A stretch of 64,000 bases of DNA from Pseudogymnoascus verrucosus (taxonomy: Eukaryota): assembly GCA_001662655.1 (NCBI GenBank), contig KV460216.1, one strand, 5' to 3'. The stretch's first letter is position 1; each line of letters starts with the position of its first letter. Positions 23,296 to 35,670 of this stretch are shown here, one piece after another. A program made the translations under genes and the position numbers. The notes under the pieces are model-generated. The model saw only the letters and a list, made by a program, of their open reading frames with translations. It ran no database searches and had not been told where the DNA came from.

Positions 23296-24417
23296 CTAAC
23301 TAATAACACAAACCACCTTCCCCTTAGTCCCATTGCCCTCCAGCAACTCATGCGCCTTAATCACATCCTTCCAATCAAATACCTTCTCAATCTTAACCTC
23401 CAAATCCCCCTTCGCAAACGCCTCCAAGTAACCCTCCAACTTCCCCGTCAGCTGCGACTGATACTTCTCATCACGGCTTCTCAAACTGCTTCCCTCGTAT
23501 CTAAGCCTCTTCGCCAGGAACAAGCCGATGTTCGTTTCAGCTGGCAGGTTGACGCCGCCCATAAGTCCCAGGTTCGCGATGCGGCCATCCTTTGCCGCTG
23601 CCTTCAGGTTATCCGCAAATGTCGAGGCGCCCATAAAGTCCACGATGACATCAATCCCCTTCCCTCCAGTGGCCTTCTGTGCCTCTTCTCCCCAGCCCTT
23701 CTGCGTGGTGTCGAAGCCACCAGCGGCGCCAAATGTGTCGACGCACCACTTGACCTTCTCCGGTGTGCGCGAAGTAACGTAGACGGCGGATGCACCAGCG
23801 AGTTTGGACAGCTGCATGCCAGCAATCGAGACGGAGGAAGCGCCGGCGTGCCAGAGGACGCTGTCCCCAGGCTTGAAGGCGCCGATCAGGTGGAGGGCTT
23901 GTGTGGCAGTCATGAAGGTCTCTGGGATTGCAGCAGCGGTCACCCAGCTTAGTGTGCTAGGCTTGTGGAGGAGAGTCGCAGCGGAGACGGTGATGAATTC
24001 GGCGTAGGCGCCTGGGAGGGGTTAGTATGTGTATCAACCTCGAGTGGGCAGTGGGTGGGAGACACACCTCCATACGCGAGTCCAAACACCTCATCTCCAA
24101 CCTTGAACTTCCCCTTCTGTGCTTCGGCACCTAGCTCCTCTACGACGCCGCTGAACTCGACGCCGAGGATCAAGCTGATGTTCGGGGGTAGTGGGTATTT
24201 GCCCTCTCGCTGGAGGAGGTCCATGCGGTTCAGCCCGAAGGCCTTGACGCGCACGAGGGCCTCGGTGGGCTTGGGCAAAGGTTTGGGGACAGAGGAGTTG
24301 AGAAAGAGAGCGGAGGCAGGACCTTTGCCATTTTTGATGTCTGGGGAAGGGGTTAGTGGGGTGAGATGAGGGGAAGGAGAGGGGATGCGGGGTACCGATT
24401 GCGCGCATTGTAGCCAT
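23296..24417 (-). CDS. NADPH quinone oxidoreductase (PIG3/zeta-crystallin MDR family); exons 24417-24396, 24340-24068, 24011-23296
   Basis: VKAFGLNRMDLLQREGKYP, ILGVEFSG, GGAYAEF, AAAIPETFMTATQAL, VLWHAGASSV, GSSLRSR, KGKVV. Confidence 0.92.
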
Positions 24418-24674
24418 GATGGGCAGTGGTTTGGCTGTTTCTGGCTGGAGTTGGTGGATAAAGTGATTATAGAGGGGAATTAACGAGAACAATCAATTTG
24501 AGGGACAATTTTTTTATTGTAGATGTATTTGAAAGTCGAATTTGAAAGATGGATTGGAGAGCATTTCTAAGCAGCGCGGGGCAGCTTGGAGCTTGGGCCA
24601 TGTGCGGGGATGACGTATAGGTGAGAGCGGAATCAACAACAACCGCGGATACCGGATGGGAAGGAGCGACTAAG

Positions 24675-24762
24675 GGAACAAGCGAACTACGGAAAGAGCG
24701 GGATAGGGAAAGAGCGAAGTACGGAAACAGCGAACTACGGAAAGAGCGAAATACTGAAAGAA
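24675..24762. repeat. Degenerate tandem repeat (GAAAGAGCGAACTACG-like, about 5 units of 16-17 nt)
   Basis: agcgaactacggaaagagcg occurs twice with related units between and after. Confidence 0.6.
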
Positions 24763-24957
24763 CAACCAACGGAAAGGGCAGGCTAGGGAAGGAGCGGCCC
24801 AAGAGCAAGAGCGGCGGCCTAGACCGCGAGGGAAGAAGCGACCGCTGAGGAGCAACTGCCGTTCAAAAGAATCTAGTGTTGCATTTACGTGAGTATATTA
24901 TAGATATGTAAATTATTTGATTATATTTATTTACCATGGTAGTTCAACCCCCAAACC

Positions 24958-25356
24958 ATGCCGAGACTCTACATAGCCATGTATGAGGCCGGAACCGGGA
25001 ACTACGAGCACTGGGCTCTTTGTCTCGACGACGAGGACGGGAATGTACCGACCATCTTCGAGGTTAGCGGCGAAGATGGCACCTTTGAGAAAAGCGCTGT
25101 TCAGGATGAGCCAGAGAACAGGCTCTTACACAAGCGAAACCTTGCTGTTGGAGAAGTTAACGAGCGTGATATCCCCGAGTTGCTGAAAGTGATTGATGAT
25201 GCGAAGGTGGATAATGAGACCACGGAGTGGAATTGCCAGGACTATGTGATTGAACTACTAGAAATGCTTTATGAGGAGTGCATTATTGACGAGGATGACA
25301 AGGAGTATAAGAGGGGTATGAAGAAGGCGAAGGATAAGTATTTTGGCCCGCTATAA
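24958..25356 (+). CDS. Small acidic hypothetical protein (132 aa) with HW...NCQ motif
   Basis: Intact single-exon ORF; EHWALC and EWNCQDYV resemble DUF6540-like / permuted papain-like fungal proteins. Confidence 0.75.
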   Translation: MPRLYIAMYEAGTGNYEHWALCLDDEDGNVPTIFEVSGEDGTFEKSAVQDEPENRLLHKRNLAVGEVNERDIPELLKVIDDAKVDNETTEWNCQDYVIELLEMLYEECIIDEDDKEYKRGMKKAKDKYFGPL

Positions 25357-25461
25357 AATGCTGTTTTTACATTGCCTGAAATGCGAGTGATCTATTATAA
25401 TATACACGCGCCCTACAACCCGTTTGTTGTATGCGTCCAAATACACGCCGAAGCTGGCTCA

Positions 25462-27858
25462 TCATTTCTCCTCGGGCCCCTTTCCCACTACCGCCAACTG
25501 ATACGTCGCCAGCTGCCCCTCGGTCATGACACTCGGACTCCCCACCATAACATCCTCTCCCCTATTATTCTTCGGAAACGCAATCACATCCCTAATGCTC
25601 TCCGTCCCTGTCATAACCGCCACCATCCGATCCAGCCCCAGCGCCATACCCGCATGCGGTGGACACCCGGCCCTGAGCGCCTCAAACAGGTGCTTGAAGT
25701 CCGCCAGCCGAGCCTCTGGCATACCCAGCACCTCGCGCATGATCCACTCCTGCATCTGCGCATTGTGGATACGGCGTGAGCCACCACCGAGCTCGACGCC
25801 GTTGAGGACGAGGTCGAAGTGGTCTGCGACTACGCGGAGGGGGTCGGAGTGGAGGAGGTCGACGTCGGCGGGGGTCTTGGGGGAGGTGAAGGGGTGGTGG
25901 GTTGATGAGAAGCCGGCGGTGCCGCCTTGGCCGGGATCGGTGGTGTTAGAGGGGGTGAAGAGGGGGAAGTCGACGATCCAGAGGAAGTTGAAGGATGGGT
26001 CGGGGTCGATTAGGTCGGCGGCAATGGCGGCTTTGTGGATGTGGCTGCGGAGCCGGCCGAGGGGTGTGGAGCCGCCGGATAGTTTGACGTCTCTGGGGCG
26101 CGCTTGGAGGATTATGAGATCGCCTTGTTCAAGCGGTTCGCGTGTAGTGGGTGGTGACCAAGTGTTGGTCTCTGTTGCGGGTGCTGGGTTCTCGGGGGAC
26201 ACCTCATTCGTAGCGGCCATAATTTTATCCACGATTGCTTGATCTTTAGAACTGGCCGGCTCTTCCACACCCGCCCCGTAAAATGCCCTTATACTTTCGA
26301 GCCCCTCGTGGCCGAATGCTGCGAGGCCTTCTAGTGGCTTCATAGGGTCGTAGATAAAGACGCCAGGTCCGCCATCAGGGTTGTCGTGGAATGGACGCAT
26401 TTCGGGCGAATCCATGATCGTCTTCACAAAGGCACCTACTTGCCTTGGGCTACAGTTCAAATTGATTTTGAAGATATCGACAATGGGGTCTTCTAGCGAG
26501 GTAATCATGCTCTTCAGGTTATCCGGAACTATGCTTTCAACTCTGTAGGTCTAGAATGGTCAGATAATGCAGTTTCACGGGATTGATAGACCTACCAAGT
26601 CTTTGATACGGAGGTCCGGTTTATCGACACCGTGGAACCTCATGGCATTGTCGTATGTCATACGCATAAAAGGGGCTGATGGCACATCTCTATCAGATCC
26701 TGCCCATAGCTTTTGCCTTAGTTTCCACATGTCTACAATAAAGCTTTCCATCCTCTTCATTACGCCGTCGGCATTTGTAAAGGCCATCTCCATGTCCAGC
26801 TTGAACCGCGTCAGTAAAGAGCACTCCTATCTGGGTATGGAATACTAACCTGGGTGAATTCGGGCTGCCGATCAGCCCTAAGATCTTCATCACGGAAGCA
26901 ACGAGCGACTTGGAAATATCTGTTGATACCACTCGCCATAAGTACCTGCTTATACTGCTGCGGGCTTTGCGGCAGCGCATAAGCATGTCCAGATGTGCGG
27001 CTTGGCACGAGAAACTCTCGCGCGCCTTCAGGTGTAGATTTGAACAGTATAGGCGTCTCAACCTCGTGGAAATCTGGGAGTGCTGTCCGTATACCCTTCA
27101 GTACCTCGCTCCTGAATATCAGACGTTTCTTGAGGGTCTCGTCGAATCGTATTTGCAGATGCCTCAGCTCTGGCCCGTATGTTGCATCTTCTCCCAGAAG
27201 AATATCTGCCGGAAAGTCGTTTAGTGACTGGACAGAGTTTATCAAGAGCTCATATTCTCGAGGCGGCTCTTGTTTCCCATCCTTTGTCGGCTTGACGTTC
27301 TTCCACTGGAGAGTACCGACGACTTCTACTGGAGTGTTCGCCCTGGCAGCCTTTAAGATTTTGTGTGCGTCGGGGCTGTTATCTCGCAGAGAGATGAGTT
27401 GGATAGTGGCAGCTCCGTCGGACAATGGAACGAAGGTCATCTTGCTGGAGACGTTCCGTACATTGCCAAGGGCGCCCTGCACTCGGACGGATTTCCCGAT
27501 GCTATTGTTGTCGGGGGATTTAACGATGGTAGCCAAGTTGCTCAAAGAGGGAGATTCATGGCGCTGGACTAGGTGAGAGGACAACATTAGCTGCGGATTT
27601 CACAAGTAGTAGGGACTGGGGCAATATACGGGTCTCTTTGAATTGCTTCATCCATGGTAACTCGTTCGCGCCAATTGTATTTGCTCCGCCAGCGGCATCA
27701 GCAGACAATGGGAAACCATCTGCGGCGCCGCCCGTAGGAAGCCCTGCTAAAGTTCTCCGTGTCAAACCAAAAGCAGCAATGGCCGATGAGCCACTATTAG
27801 GCAAGACATGGGATACAATCCTGGCGCCTACTCGAGGGCGGCAACATGCCCTCAACAT
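25462..27858 (-). CDS. MSD1: Mitochondrial aspartyl-tRNA synthetase; exons 27858-27630, 27568-26850, 26799-26596, 26550-25462
   Basis: Arg-rich presequence; [95 protein letters not shown]. Confidence 0.95.
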
Positions 27859-28131
27859 TGGTTGTGAGATTTGCAGGATATGGTTTCGGTATCATATACA
27901 AATAATCAAATATGGCATGCGTAAATACAGCGATAATGAATGTGAATAAATAAGTGAAAGTAGTAATACAGGCCGAGATGGGGATGGAGGTCGGCGAGGC
28001 TGCTGGAATAAAATACAGGCACTTACTCAGCCTTGCGTATTAGCCACATATCCAAGGCAACAATATTCTCGCTAACGACCTTTTGCGCTAAGATCAAATA
28101 AATACCGCCCGTAGTGTAGAATTTCGATCTT

Positions 28132-28406
28132 TATGACCTTCCAAGTTTTAAACAGTAAGTGATTGCTCGCTCCCCCAGCGATATACTTTCATCCAACACA
28201 GTGCAACCTTGCTAACTCATGTCTGTTACAGAATGATGAAAGCCTAGCGTGTTTTATATGATATGGCTCCCTCCTCGCCGAGCTTCCGAACTCTCTCTTC
28301 ACAGGGCTTCAGTGGTTTGGTTGCAAGGCGAGGTTGGGAGACGTGAAATCAGCGTTCGCCACACCCCCCTTGTTAACAAGCGGACGCGAATACGGCATCT
28401 CTGATC
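28132..28406 (+). ncRNA. snR45: snR45/U13-like box C/D snoRNA (18S rRNA acetylation guide) interrupted by a spliceosomal intron 28155-28231
   Basis: 5' ATGACCTTCCAAGTTTTAAA (as I recall the S. cerevisiae snR45 5' end; antisense to the 18S 3' terminus GGAAGGAUCAU); GTAAGT..GCTAAC..CAG intron; box C ATGATGA 28233; second 18S-antisense element CCTTGTTA 28368; ACAAG..GGACGC; box D CTGA 28401. Confidence 0.8.
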
Positions 28407-29344
28407 CTTCAAAGCCTTGGAAGGGCGCATTCTTTGATTTTTGTTGTTGGTTGGGGCTCGTGGAAGCGCCTGTGGAAGCGCCGTTGGTGGTTGGCTCCCA
28501 CACGGCCGGGGCGGTGCTGTGTCAGATGCAGACATGACCGGCAGTGTTGGGGATCATGGGAAAAACAGGGCGACAGGCACCATTTCAAGTGTTCTGATGT
28601 CTGAAGCCTTGATATCTCTAGAATTTTTTATTTTGACCTGTGTCTTTGATTTCTTCGTTTTTAGCCGTAAGTTAGATATCCCCCAGCGCGCCGGACTACT
28701 ACGGATTAATCGCAATATGACTTGTATTCTTCCGCTTTACAAACAATCTGTTCTAAATTACCTGGTGTGATAATGATTATAAATTAAACGTTGGAAGTAA
28801 TAAGATTAAACGCTCATATGTATGCTCCGGAGTGCGGTGCGGGAAAGGCGGCCGCCCACTTACGTTGGGCCACATGGATTTGATGTTTATGACGCTCATC
28901 CTCAAGTCCCCGGCTCAGCCCAAGCTTTGTTCAACGAACAAACAACAACTTCGCCTCGACTACCAACAACGACCTTCCAGGAGCGGCCACGAATACATAT
29001 AGGGCCATTCTGCGCTCGAATCCGCAAATCCGAAGTGAACTTTACCTTGCCTACAAATCCCCCGCACTCACGATGCCGGCTTCTTGGTAGATGAGATCGG
29101 GAGACCCCTACATTATTGACCAGGATTGACACGAGCTTAATCTTGCGATTAACAACACCACGTCCGTTTGCGCGCCCACGATCTACAGCATTCACGAGGC
29201 ACCAAAGGCTTCTTTAGCCGTTTCTACATCGGCTAGGATTTGCAGCGGCACTTTCTATGCGCACATTCTCGCCATTGACTGTTCGTCTCTTGCCGGAAAC
29301 CTTGGAGGCTTAGCCCATCGACGGTAGGCCCGTGGCATGAAACC

Positions 29345-31504
29345 ATGTCAAGTTCATTCGAGAAATCTGTGAAGGGCGCGACAAAGATAAAGGTGACTTG
29401 CCCTTTCTATCCGCTCAATGGCGCTCTGTCCTATCCAGTACTGACCGTGTCGCCCTCTCCCAGCTTGCCCCGCCGAAATCAAAATACATTGAGCATATCC
29501 TCATCGCAACACATTCCGGTGAACATGGCGTCGCAGAAGTCTTTCGCGCCCTTCAGAACCGGTTGCGCGACTCCACATGGACGGTGGTTTTCAAGGGTCT
29601 TATAACTGTACACCTGATGATTCGGGAAGGGTCACCCGATGTTACGTTGGAGTTTCTATCAAATCACAAGAACATGTTGGCTACAAGCAGCTTCACGGAC
29701 GGTATGTACAAAGCCTGGCAACCCAAGCGTATGTGCAAGCAGTGTGTCACCGCGAGTCGGATATGGTGTATCGTTCAGGAATGATTTCTTCGGGCACGTT
29801 ACTGATTGTTCTACAGTTCAAACGCATGGCAAGAATATCCGCCACTATTCGAGCTATCTGACTGAACGAGCGCGAGGATACCGACATAGCAAATGCGATT
29901 TTGTCCGAGGAGCGGAGAATCGATTTCAAAAGTTAACTGTCGACAAGGGCTTATTGCGGGAGACCGAACTCGTCCAACTCCAGATCAGTACGCTGCTGAA
30001 ATGTGACGTAAGTTGTCCATATGTGAAGAGAAAGGTGGATCTCTAACACTCTACAGGTGCTTGATAATGAGCCCGAGAACGAAATCACAATCACTGTATT
30101 CCGTATGCTGGTTCTTGACCTGCTGGCTCTTTACCATGTCATCAACCAGGCAATGATTGCCATCCTAGGTATGCTCGACTGGTTATATTTGTTGTATGGT
30201 GACGCTGATACAGTGTAGGTCAATTCTTTGAAATGACAAAAACAGATGCCCAGAGAGCTTTGGAGATATACAGAAGATTCACAAAGCACACGGACCTTGT
30301 AGTTGCATATCTTGGTACCGCACGGACATATGAGCACAAGACACGAGTTGAGGTACCAAAGCTTAAGCATGCGCCTGTGAACTTAGGGAAGCAGCTGGAG
30401 GACTACCTCGCCGACCCCGATTTTGATATCAACAGGCGTCAATATCTGGCGGAAGAAGAGGCAAAGAAGAAGAAGAACGGCACATTCAAACCATTTCTCA
30501 CTGCACAGAAGACAGGCGGTAGCTCTTCTCGTGTTGATGAAGCAAAGGCATTCCCAGATGCCAAACCAACCAAAGAGACGGCAGCCATCACGACAAAGGC
30601 ACAACCAGCTCCGCCTAAAGGTCCCGCGCCAGACTTGATAGATTTCTTCGCCTCCATCGAACAAAAACAGGAGCCCCTCGAAACTGCACCGCCACAACAG
30701 CAGGTAAATGCGCCCAACTTCACAGGCGCCCCGCAATTCCAAGGACAACAGCAGCAACCTATGCAGCAGCAAGCTATCCACCAACAACAGGTATTCCAAC
30801 AGAATGGATTCATGCAGCAACAAACAGGCTTCCAGGACCCGAACCAACAGCAACAACAGTTTAATAATGGATTCGCACAACCTCAACCGATGCAACAACC
30901 GCAGCAACTCCAACCTAACATGACTGGAGCTGGCTTCGGCGGGTACACCCCGCAACCACAAGCATACCCTTCAAACTCCCTCTCCCCAATCAATCAAAAT
31001 TCCCTCTCACCCTTCCCCGGACAACCACAACCACCCTTCCAAACCGGCCAACAGCAACAAGTCACAAACCCCTTCCGCGCAAGCATGATGATGAACCACG
31101 CCGCGAGCGCAAGCCCAACGACCATGGGCCAGAGTACCAGCCACACACTCTCCCCCGTATCGCCTCAAAACACAAACCCCTTCGCCAAACCAGCCTCCGC
31201 TCCTCCTGGCGGGCCACAAGCACAGCAATACCAACCAACTGGCCCCACTGCGAGCCCATTGCAGCCCGCGCCTACGGGGACTAACCCGTTTGCGCGACGA
31301 CCTGGGACGAGCGGTGCGGGAACACCGGGCGGACTGGCACCGCAACCTACAGGCACGAATCCATTTAGGCAGAGTGCATTTGTGAATACCGCGACGGGGA
31401 TGGGATGGCAGAATAATCAGGCGCCGATTGGTGGGGGACTAGACTCGATGCCGACTATTGAGGTGTTTCCGAGGCCGGCACAACAGCAGCCGTGGTCGCA
31501 GTAG
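29345..31504 (+). CDS. YAP1801: ANTH-domain clathrin adaptor (AP180/CALM, Yap1801/1802 family); exons 29345-29392, 29464-29702, 29817-30007, 30057-30168, 30219-31504
   Basis: MSSSFEKSVKGATKIKLAPPKSKYIEHIL, RLRDSTWTVVFKGLITVHLMIREG, PDLIDFF clathrin box, Gln-rich tail with four NPF motifs. Confidence 0.93.
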
Positions 31505-32106
31505 ATAGGATGACGAGGGGGAGATGGAGATGGGCAGGGGGGGGGATGGGTGATGGGTTTGAAACCTTTCATGGTGTGGATGGATTTATGGAATGAGAAT
31601 GGCAGTGGAGGGAGCGATGTGGACTTGACGGGGGTTGGTATAGCGTTGATTTTAAGTCAGAGATGGAAGATTTGACAGGGCAGAGGTAGAAAGGTAGCTG
31701 GCAAGCTATAGCTCTGGGATAGGATACGTAATACCATTTCGAAAGGCGGCATGGCTCAGAGTGAACTTTCTTTGTCTTGATATATTTGATGATTCCCTGA
31801 CCACCCACTCAGCTTCACATGGCGCGATTACAAGGTAACATATATTATTAAATGCGACAAAGGTACGGTAAATATAAAGGGTGAAACGAATCGTCATGGC
31901 CATTGAGGCCAACATGCCAGGTCCACGACGTCAGAGGGCCCTAAACTTTGATCTTGGACCAAGCGCGAAGATGAAAAGCGAACTTTCCATCATTTTGGTT
32001 CGCTTGTTCCTGTTTCTCCAGCATATCTTTTTATCACCAGGAGGGATACATCTACATCCCTCAAAGCCACCCAACCTCAAATATACAATTCATATTTCCT
32101 ATCTAC

Positions 32107-33957
32107 CTACTGTCTCCCAAGCCTCGCGGCCATAAATCTACTCACTTTCTTTGGCCTTCCTTCGTCATCATACTCGTCAGCATATTCTAGTATCGTTCCT
32201 TCATCATCAACCTTCGCCTCTTTCTTTTTGAATCCTCCCTCTCGCTGAATCATTCGGTTCCTCAAACGGTGAAACTCCGTCGAGACCTCCTGGTGCAGCA
32301 AGCCTGGATCAAGCTCATCTGGTCCCGTTACATCACCAGTCTCAACAACTTCTCTCTCCACAACTTGTGTGGCGAGCGTTGCATTTTCAGGGCCAGTAGG
32401 GACGGTTCGTTCACTTCGTGACGATTGGACTGGTGGCTGGGGAGGGATGAAGCCCTGAACAGGGTGGGCCTGTCGAGACGACTTAAACCGGGAAACTATC
32501 TTCCCGGTTGGAGGAGCAGGTGCTGCGACAGCGGCTGGTTGGCGCTCGACAATATCTGTGAGTGGTGCTAGGACAGCAGTAGGTTTTGGGGGCGTTGGTT
32601 TAGCAGCGGGTTTAGCAGCGGGTTTGGTTTCGGGCGCCGGAGAGACGTCGACATCGTCGGCGAAACGAACTCCCTTCTTCCCCTTCTTTGCTGTCTTTAT
32701 TTCTTCCTCTGCCGGCTTATCAGGCGATTGTAGCTTCGCCGCACGATCCACATCCTCCTGGGTGATCCTAATCTGGGCGATCCCTGCGTCCGGCTCAGAC
32801 CTTTCCGTAGATACGTCCGATGGCGGTTTAGGACCGAGATTCTGCATCATCCGCACGCCCAATTTCTCCTCCAGTTCGCGCATCCGCTGGTGCAGGTCAT
32901 CATCGACAACCTTGCGGGTTGAGCGGCCAAATGCATCCTCATCATCATCGCCATCGCTGAACTCGTCGTCGTAGCCCTCGTCGTCCTCGGACCACTCGCT
33001 GCCTGATTCTAGGTCGAGCTCAGCGACAACGGCGCCGATTTCAGACATGGAGTACTGGAGCATTTCGCGTCGGAGAGCTGCCTCCTCTTCGCTCTCAGAA
33101 GTGGGCACAATAGGCGCATCCGGGCCAGTTGAGGGTAGAGGTTCGTTTTGAGCTTTGGAGAGGGACATTATTTCGGCAATTCGAGTCTCGGTTGCGGATA
33201 GTTCGGATGAGGGCCCAGGTTTCGTGTCTTCGGTGAAGGTGACGCTCTTCTTCCTGGGTTGGACACTAGGACGTATGGGTGCTGCATCTTCGGTGACCGC
33301 GCCGGTGGGCTCTTTCGGTGAAGGTTCAGACGTTTTTGGCAATACGTTTGTCACATCGTCTTCCTCCACTTCGGCATCGACGGGATCCAACCCTCTTACT
33401 TGAATCTCTTCTTCGGTGACGCCGACCTGTCGTAGGACATCCAATAACTGTTGTTTCTCGCTTCCTGGTGTATTCGTCTTGTAGTTTATCACATTTCCTT
33501 CATCATCCAGCTCCTCTATGATCTCCGTCAATGGTAAACCCTCTTCATCTCTTGCACTGTCTTCCAGCTCTTCAGACACCATCCCCACCTTCTCCAGCTT
33601 ATCTTCCGCCGCATGTAACTGCTTCTCGGCTGTTTTCACATTCTGTGCCACATAGTCGATTCTCCGATCAAGTAGATTGATGATCTGCGCAGCATTCCGC
33701 TGTTCACCCTTAAGATTTAAAATGTCGTCTATTTCGACAAGAGTCACCACCTGGCCGTTGAAGTTTTGCCCTATCGCCAGGAGGTCTGCGTTGGTGGGAG
33801 ATGAGAGGGCTTCGATTTCTTCTTTCAAGCCCTCATACTCCGCGGACCAGAGTTGCCATGTCTGAAGAGCTTTTCGAAGCTGGGTAATTTGTGTCTCGAG
33901 CAGCAGGCGGTGGCGCTCTAAGTCTTGGAGGGCGTTGTCATTTAACGGCTGTGCCAT
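32107..33957 (-). CDS. Prefoldin-like URI/Bud27-related protein (N-terminal prefoldin coiled coil, acidic stretch, C-terminal KVSRF.AAR), 616 aa
   Basis: LRKALQTWQLWSAEYEGLKEEI, LDRRIDYVAQNV, GLPLTEIIEELDDEGNV, KKVSRFMAAR. Confidence 0.8.
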   Translation of the reverse strand: MAQPLNDNALQDLERHRLLLETQITQLRKALQTWQLWSAEYEGLKEEIEALSSPTNADLLAIGQNFNGQVVTLVEIDDILNLKGEQRNAAQIINLLDRRIDYVAQNVKTAEKQLHAAEDKLEKVGMVSEELEDSARDEEGLPLTEIIEELDDEGNVINYKTNTPGSEKQQLLDVLRQVGVTEEEIQVRGLDPVDAEVEEDDVTNVLPKTSEPSPKEPTGAVTEDAAPIRPSVQPRKKSVTFTEDTKPGPSSELSATETRIAEIMSLSKAQNEPLPSTGPDAPIVPTSESEEEAALRREMLQYSMSEIGAVVAELDLESGSEWSEDDEGYDDEFSDGDDDEDAFGRSTRKVVDDDLHQRMRELEEKLGVRMMQNLGPKPPSDVSTERSEPDAGIAQIRITQEDVDRAAKLQSPDKPAEEEIKTAKKGKKGVRFADDVDVSPAPETKPAAKPAAKPTPPKPTAVLAPLTDIVERQPAAVAAPAPPTGKIVSRFKSSRQAHPVQGFIPPQPPVQSSRSERTVPTGPENATLATQVVEREVVETGDVTGPDELDPGLLHQEVSTEFHRLRNRMIQREGGFKKKEAKVDDEGTILEYADEYDDEGRPKKVSRFMAARLGRQ

Positions 33958-34295
33958 GGTGGCGAATATTGCGGGCTCAACAATGTACAGTTGTACGGGC
34001 CATATAATTCAATCTTCGGCTTTGTTGAACTTTACCCAAATTGATTTTCTCTTTCACAATTGGGAGCAAGCTGTTCCAAGAAGAAAGGCTGGTGTCTGAT
34101 GCGAACAATAAATTTCCGTCAGCCTTGAGCTGCTTAGTCACCCCCGCATATGCCTATTTCAAAGCCTCGCCTTAGCCTTGCTTAGCCTCGCCAACCACCC
34201 ATGCGATCATCTTTCTATCAAGCTCACATACGAAACGGCACTTCAAGCTGAGCTCCTCCAGATCCCACGAGCTCAGCATTGCGTCATTGCCCATC

Positions 34296-35351
34296 ATGCC
34301 TCCACGGGCCCAGACCAACACCCTCACCTCCAACCCCCTCGACGACATCTGCCCGGTGTGCAAGTCGAACCGCTACCTCAACCCGTCCCTCACCTTCCTC
34401 ATAAACTCAGAATGCTACCATACGATGTGCACATCCTGCGTGGACCGGCTCTTCACATCCGGTCCCGCGCCCTGCCCTGTCGCCGGTTGCCACAAGACGC
34501 TGCGCAAGCGAGGCTTTCACACAGCCTTTTTTGCAGACTTGAACATCGAGCGTGAAGTCGACGTGCGGAAGCGCGTGGCTGCGGTCTTCAATAGGCGCCA
34601 AGACGATTTCGAAACGCTGCATGATTGGAATAATTATCTTGAGAGCGTGGAGGACTTGGTATTTAAGATTGTGGAGGGGACGCCAGCTATGAAGAAGGAT
34701 GCTGAAGAGGCGCTGAAGAAATATGCGGAGATGAACCGTATGGAGATCGAGGCCAACTTAGAGGCTGAGAAGGAGGAGGAAGAGATGGGACGGAGAGCAC
34801 AGGCGATAGCTGATGAGAGGGCAAGGAAGAGGCGAGAGATGGGGAAGAAGAAGGAAGAGGCGGACCGAAGGGATTTGGAGAGAACGAAGCGCAATGTTAT
34901 TGAGACGCTGGCGAGGTCGGAGGGCAATGCCGACGAAATTACCAGGAAAGCTGAGAGGTTAATCTTGGAGAAGACGGAGAAGATGAAACGAGATCAGGTA
35001 GAGGATCTAGAAGGTCCCAAGATGGCGATCAGGGGCTTGAAGAAGAGGAAGGCTGTGGAGGTAGAGAAGCCATATGATCCATTTGGAGATTTGGACTTGA
35101 CGCCGACGAGATACGTGCTGCAGACGCGGTACAAGAACGATTGGCTGAAACAGGCGGAGAACGACCCAAGGCATATGGTTGGAGGTTATAGCTTTCAAGA
35201 GTACTATGCCCGAACGATGTTCGAGGCTTTCTCCGGGTTGGGTGTTTTCATCGAGGATGAGCTGCAAAATACCACTGCGAGTGGTGCTCCTCTTGCTGCA
35301 ATTGCTGCTACGGCCAGGAGCGGGGACAAAACGATGGAGGATGTCTTCTAG
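34296..35351 (+). CDS. TFB3: CDK-activating kinase assembly factor MAT1/Tfb3 (TFIIH)
   Basis: RING CPVCKSNRYLNP..CYHTMCTSCVDRLF..GPAPCP..GC, F.DLNIEREVDVRKRV, NNYLESVED. Confidence 0.95.
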   Translation: MPPRAQTNTLTSNPLDDICPVCKSNRYLNPSLTFLINSECYHTMCTSCVDRLFTSGPAPCPVAGCHKTLRKRGFHTAFFADLNIEREVDVRKRVAAVFNRRQDDFETLHDWNNYLESVEDLVFKIVEGTPAMKKDAEEALKKYAEMNRMEIEANLEAEKEEEEMGRRAQAIADERARKRREMGKKKEEADRRDLERTKRNVIETLARSEGNADEITRKAERLILEKTEKMKRDQVEDLEGPKMAIRGLKKRKAVEVEKPYDPFGDLDLTPTRYVLQTRYKNDWLKQAENDPRHMVGGYSFQEYYARTMFEAFSGLGVFIEDELQNTTASGAPLAAIAATARSGDKTMEDVF

Positions 35352-35670
35352 TATGTGGTTCATTACTTGAGCTTATTGGCGTTCGCATAGCGTTTGGAAA
35401 TGGATGGCGACAGCATTGTCACGGAGTTTGGTTTCATACATTTGAATATACCAGGGCAGTAAAAAGATATGGGACATCGTAGAACATAGAATATGGTCGC
35501 ACAAGCAAGCAATAATTATGGTCACGTCTTCTCTGCTACATTTAATGTTGGGACTAAATTGTCGTGATCTCGTTGTAGGATTATCGTACTTCATATAAAC
35601 ACCGCTGCTATGCAATTCCGCCGATCCCATGCCTCAATTTTTTGCCACTCTGGGGCATCCTCATGCCTAT

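Noticed and set aside
28410..28610. Second snoRNA ending at CTGATGTCTGA (about 28594-28604)
   Set aside because: No matching box C or recognisable rRNA antisense element upstream.
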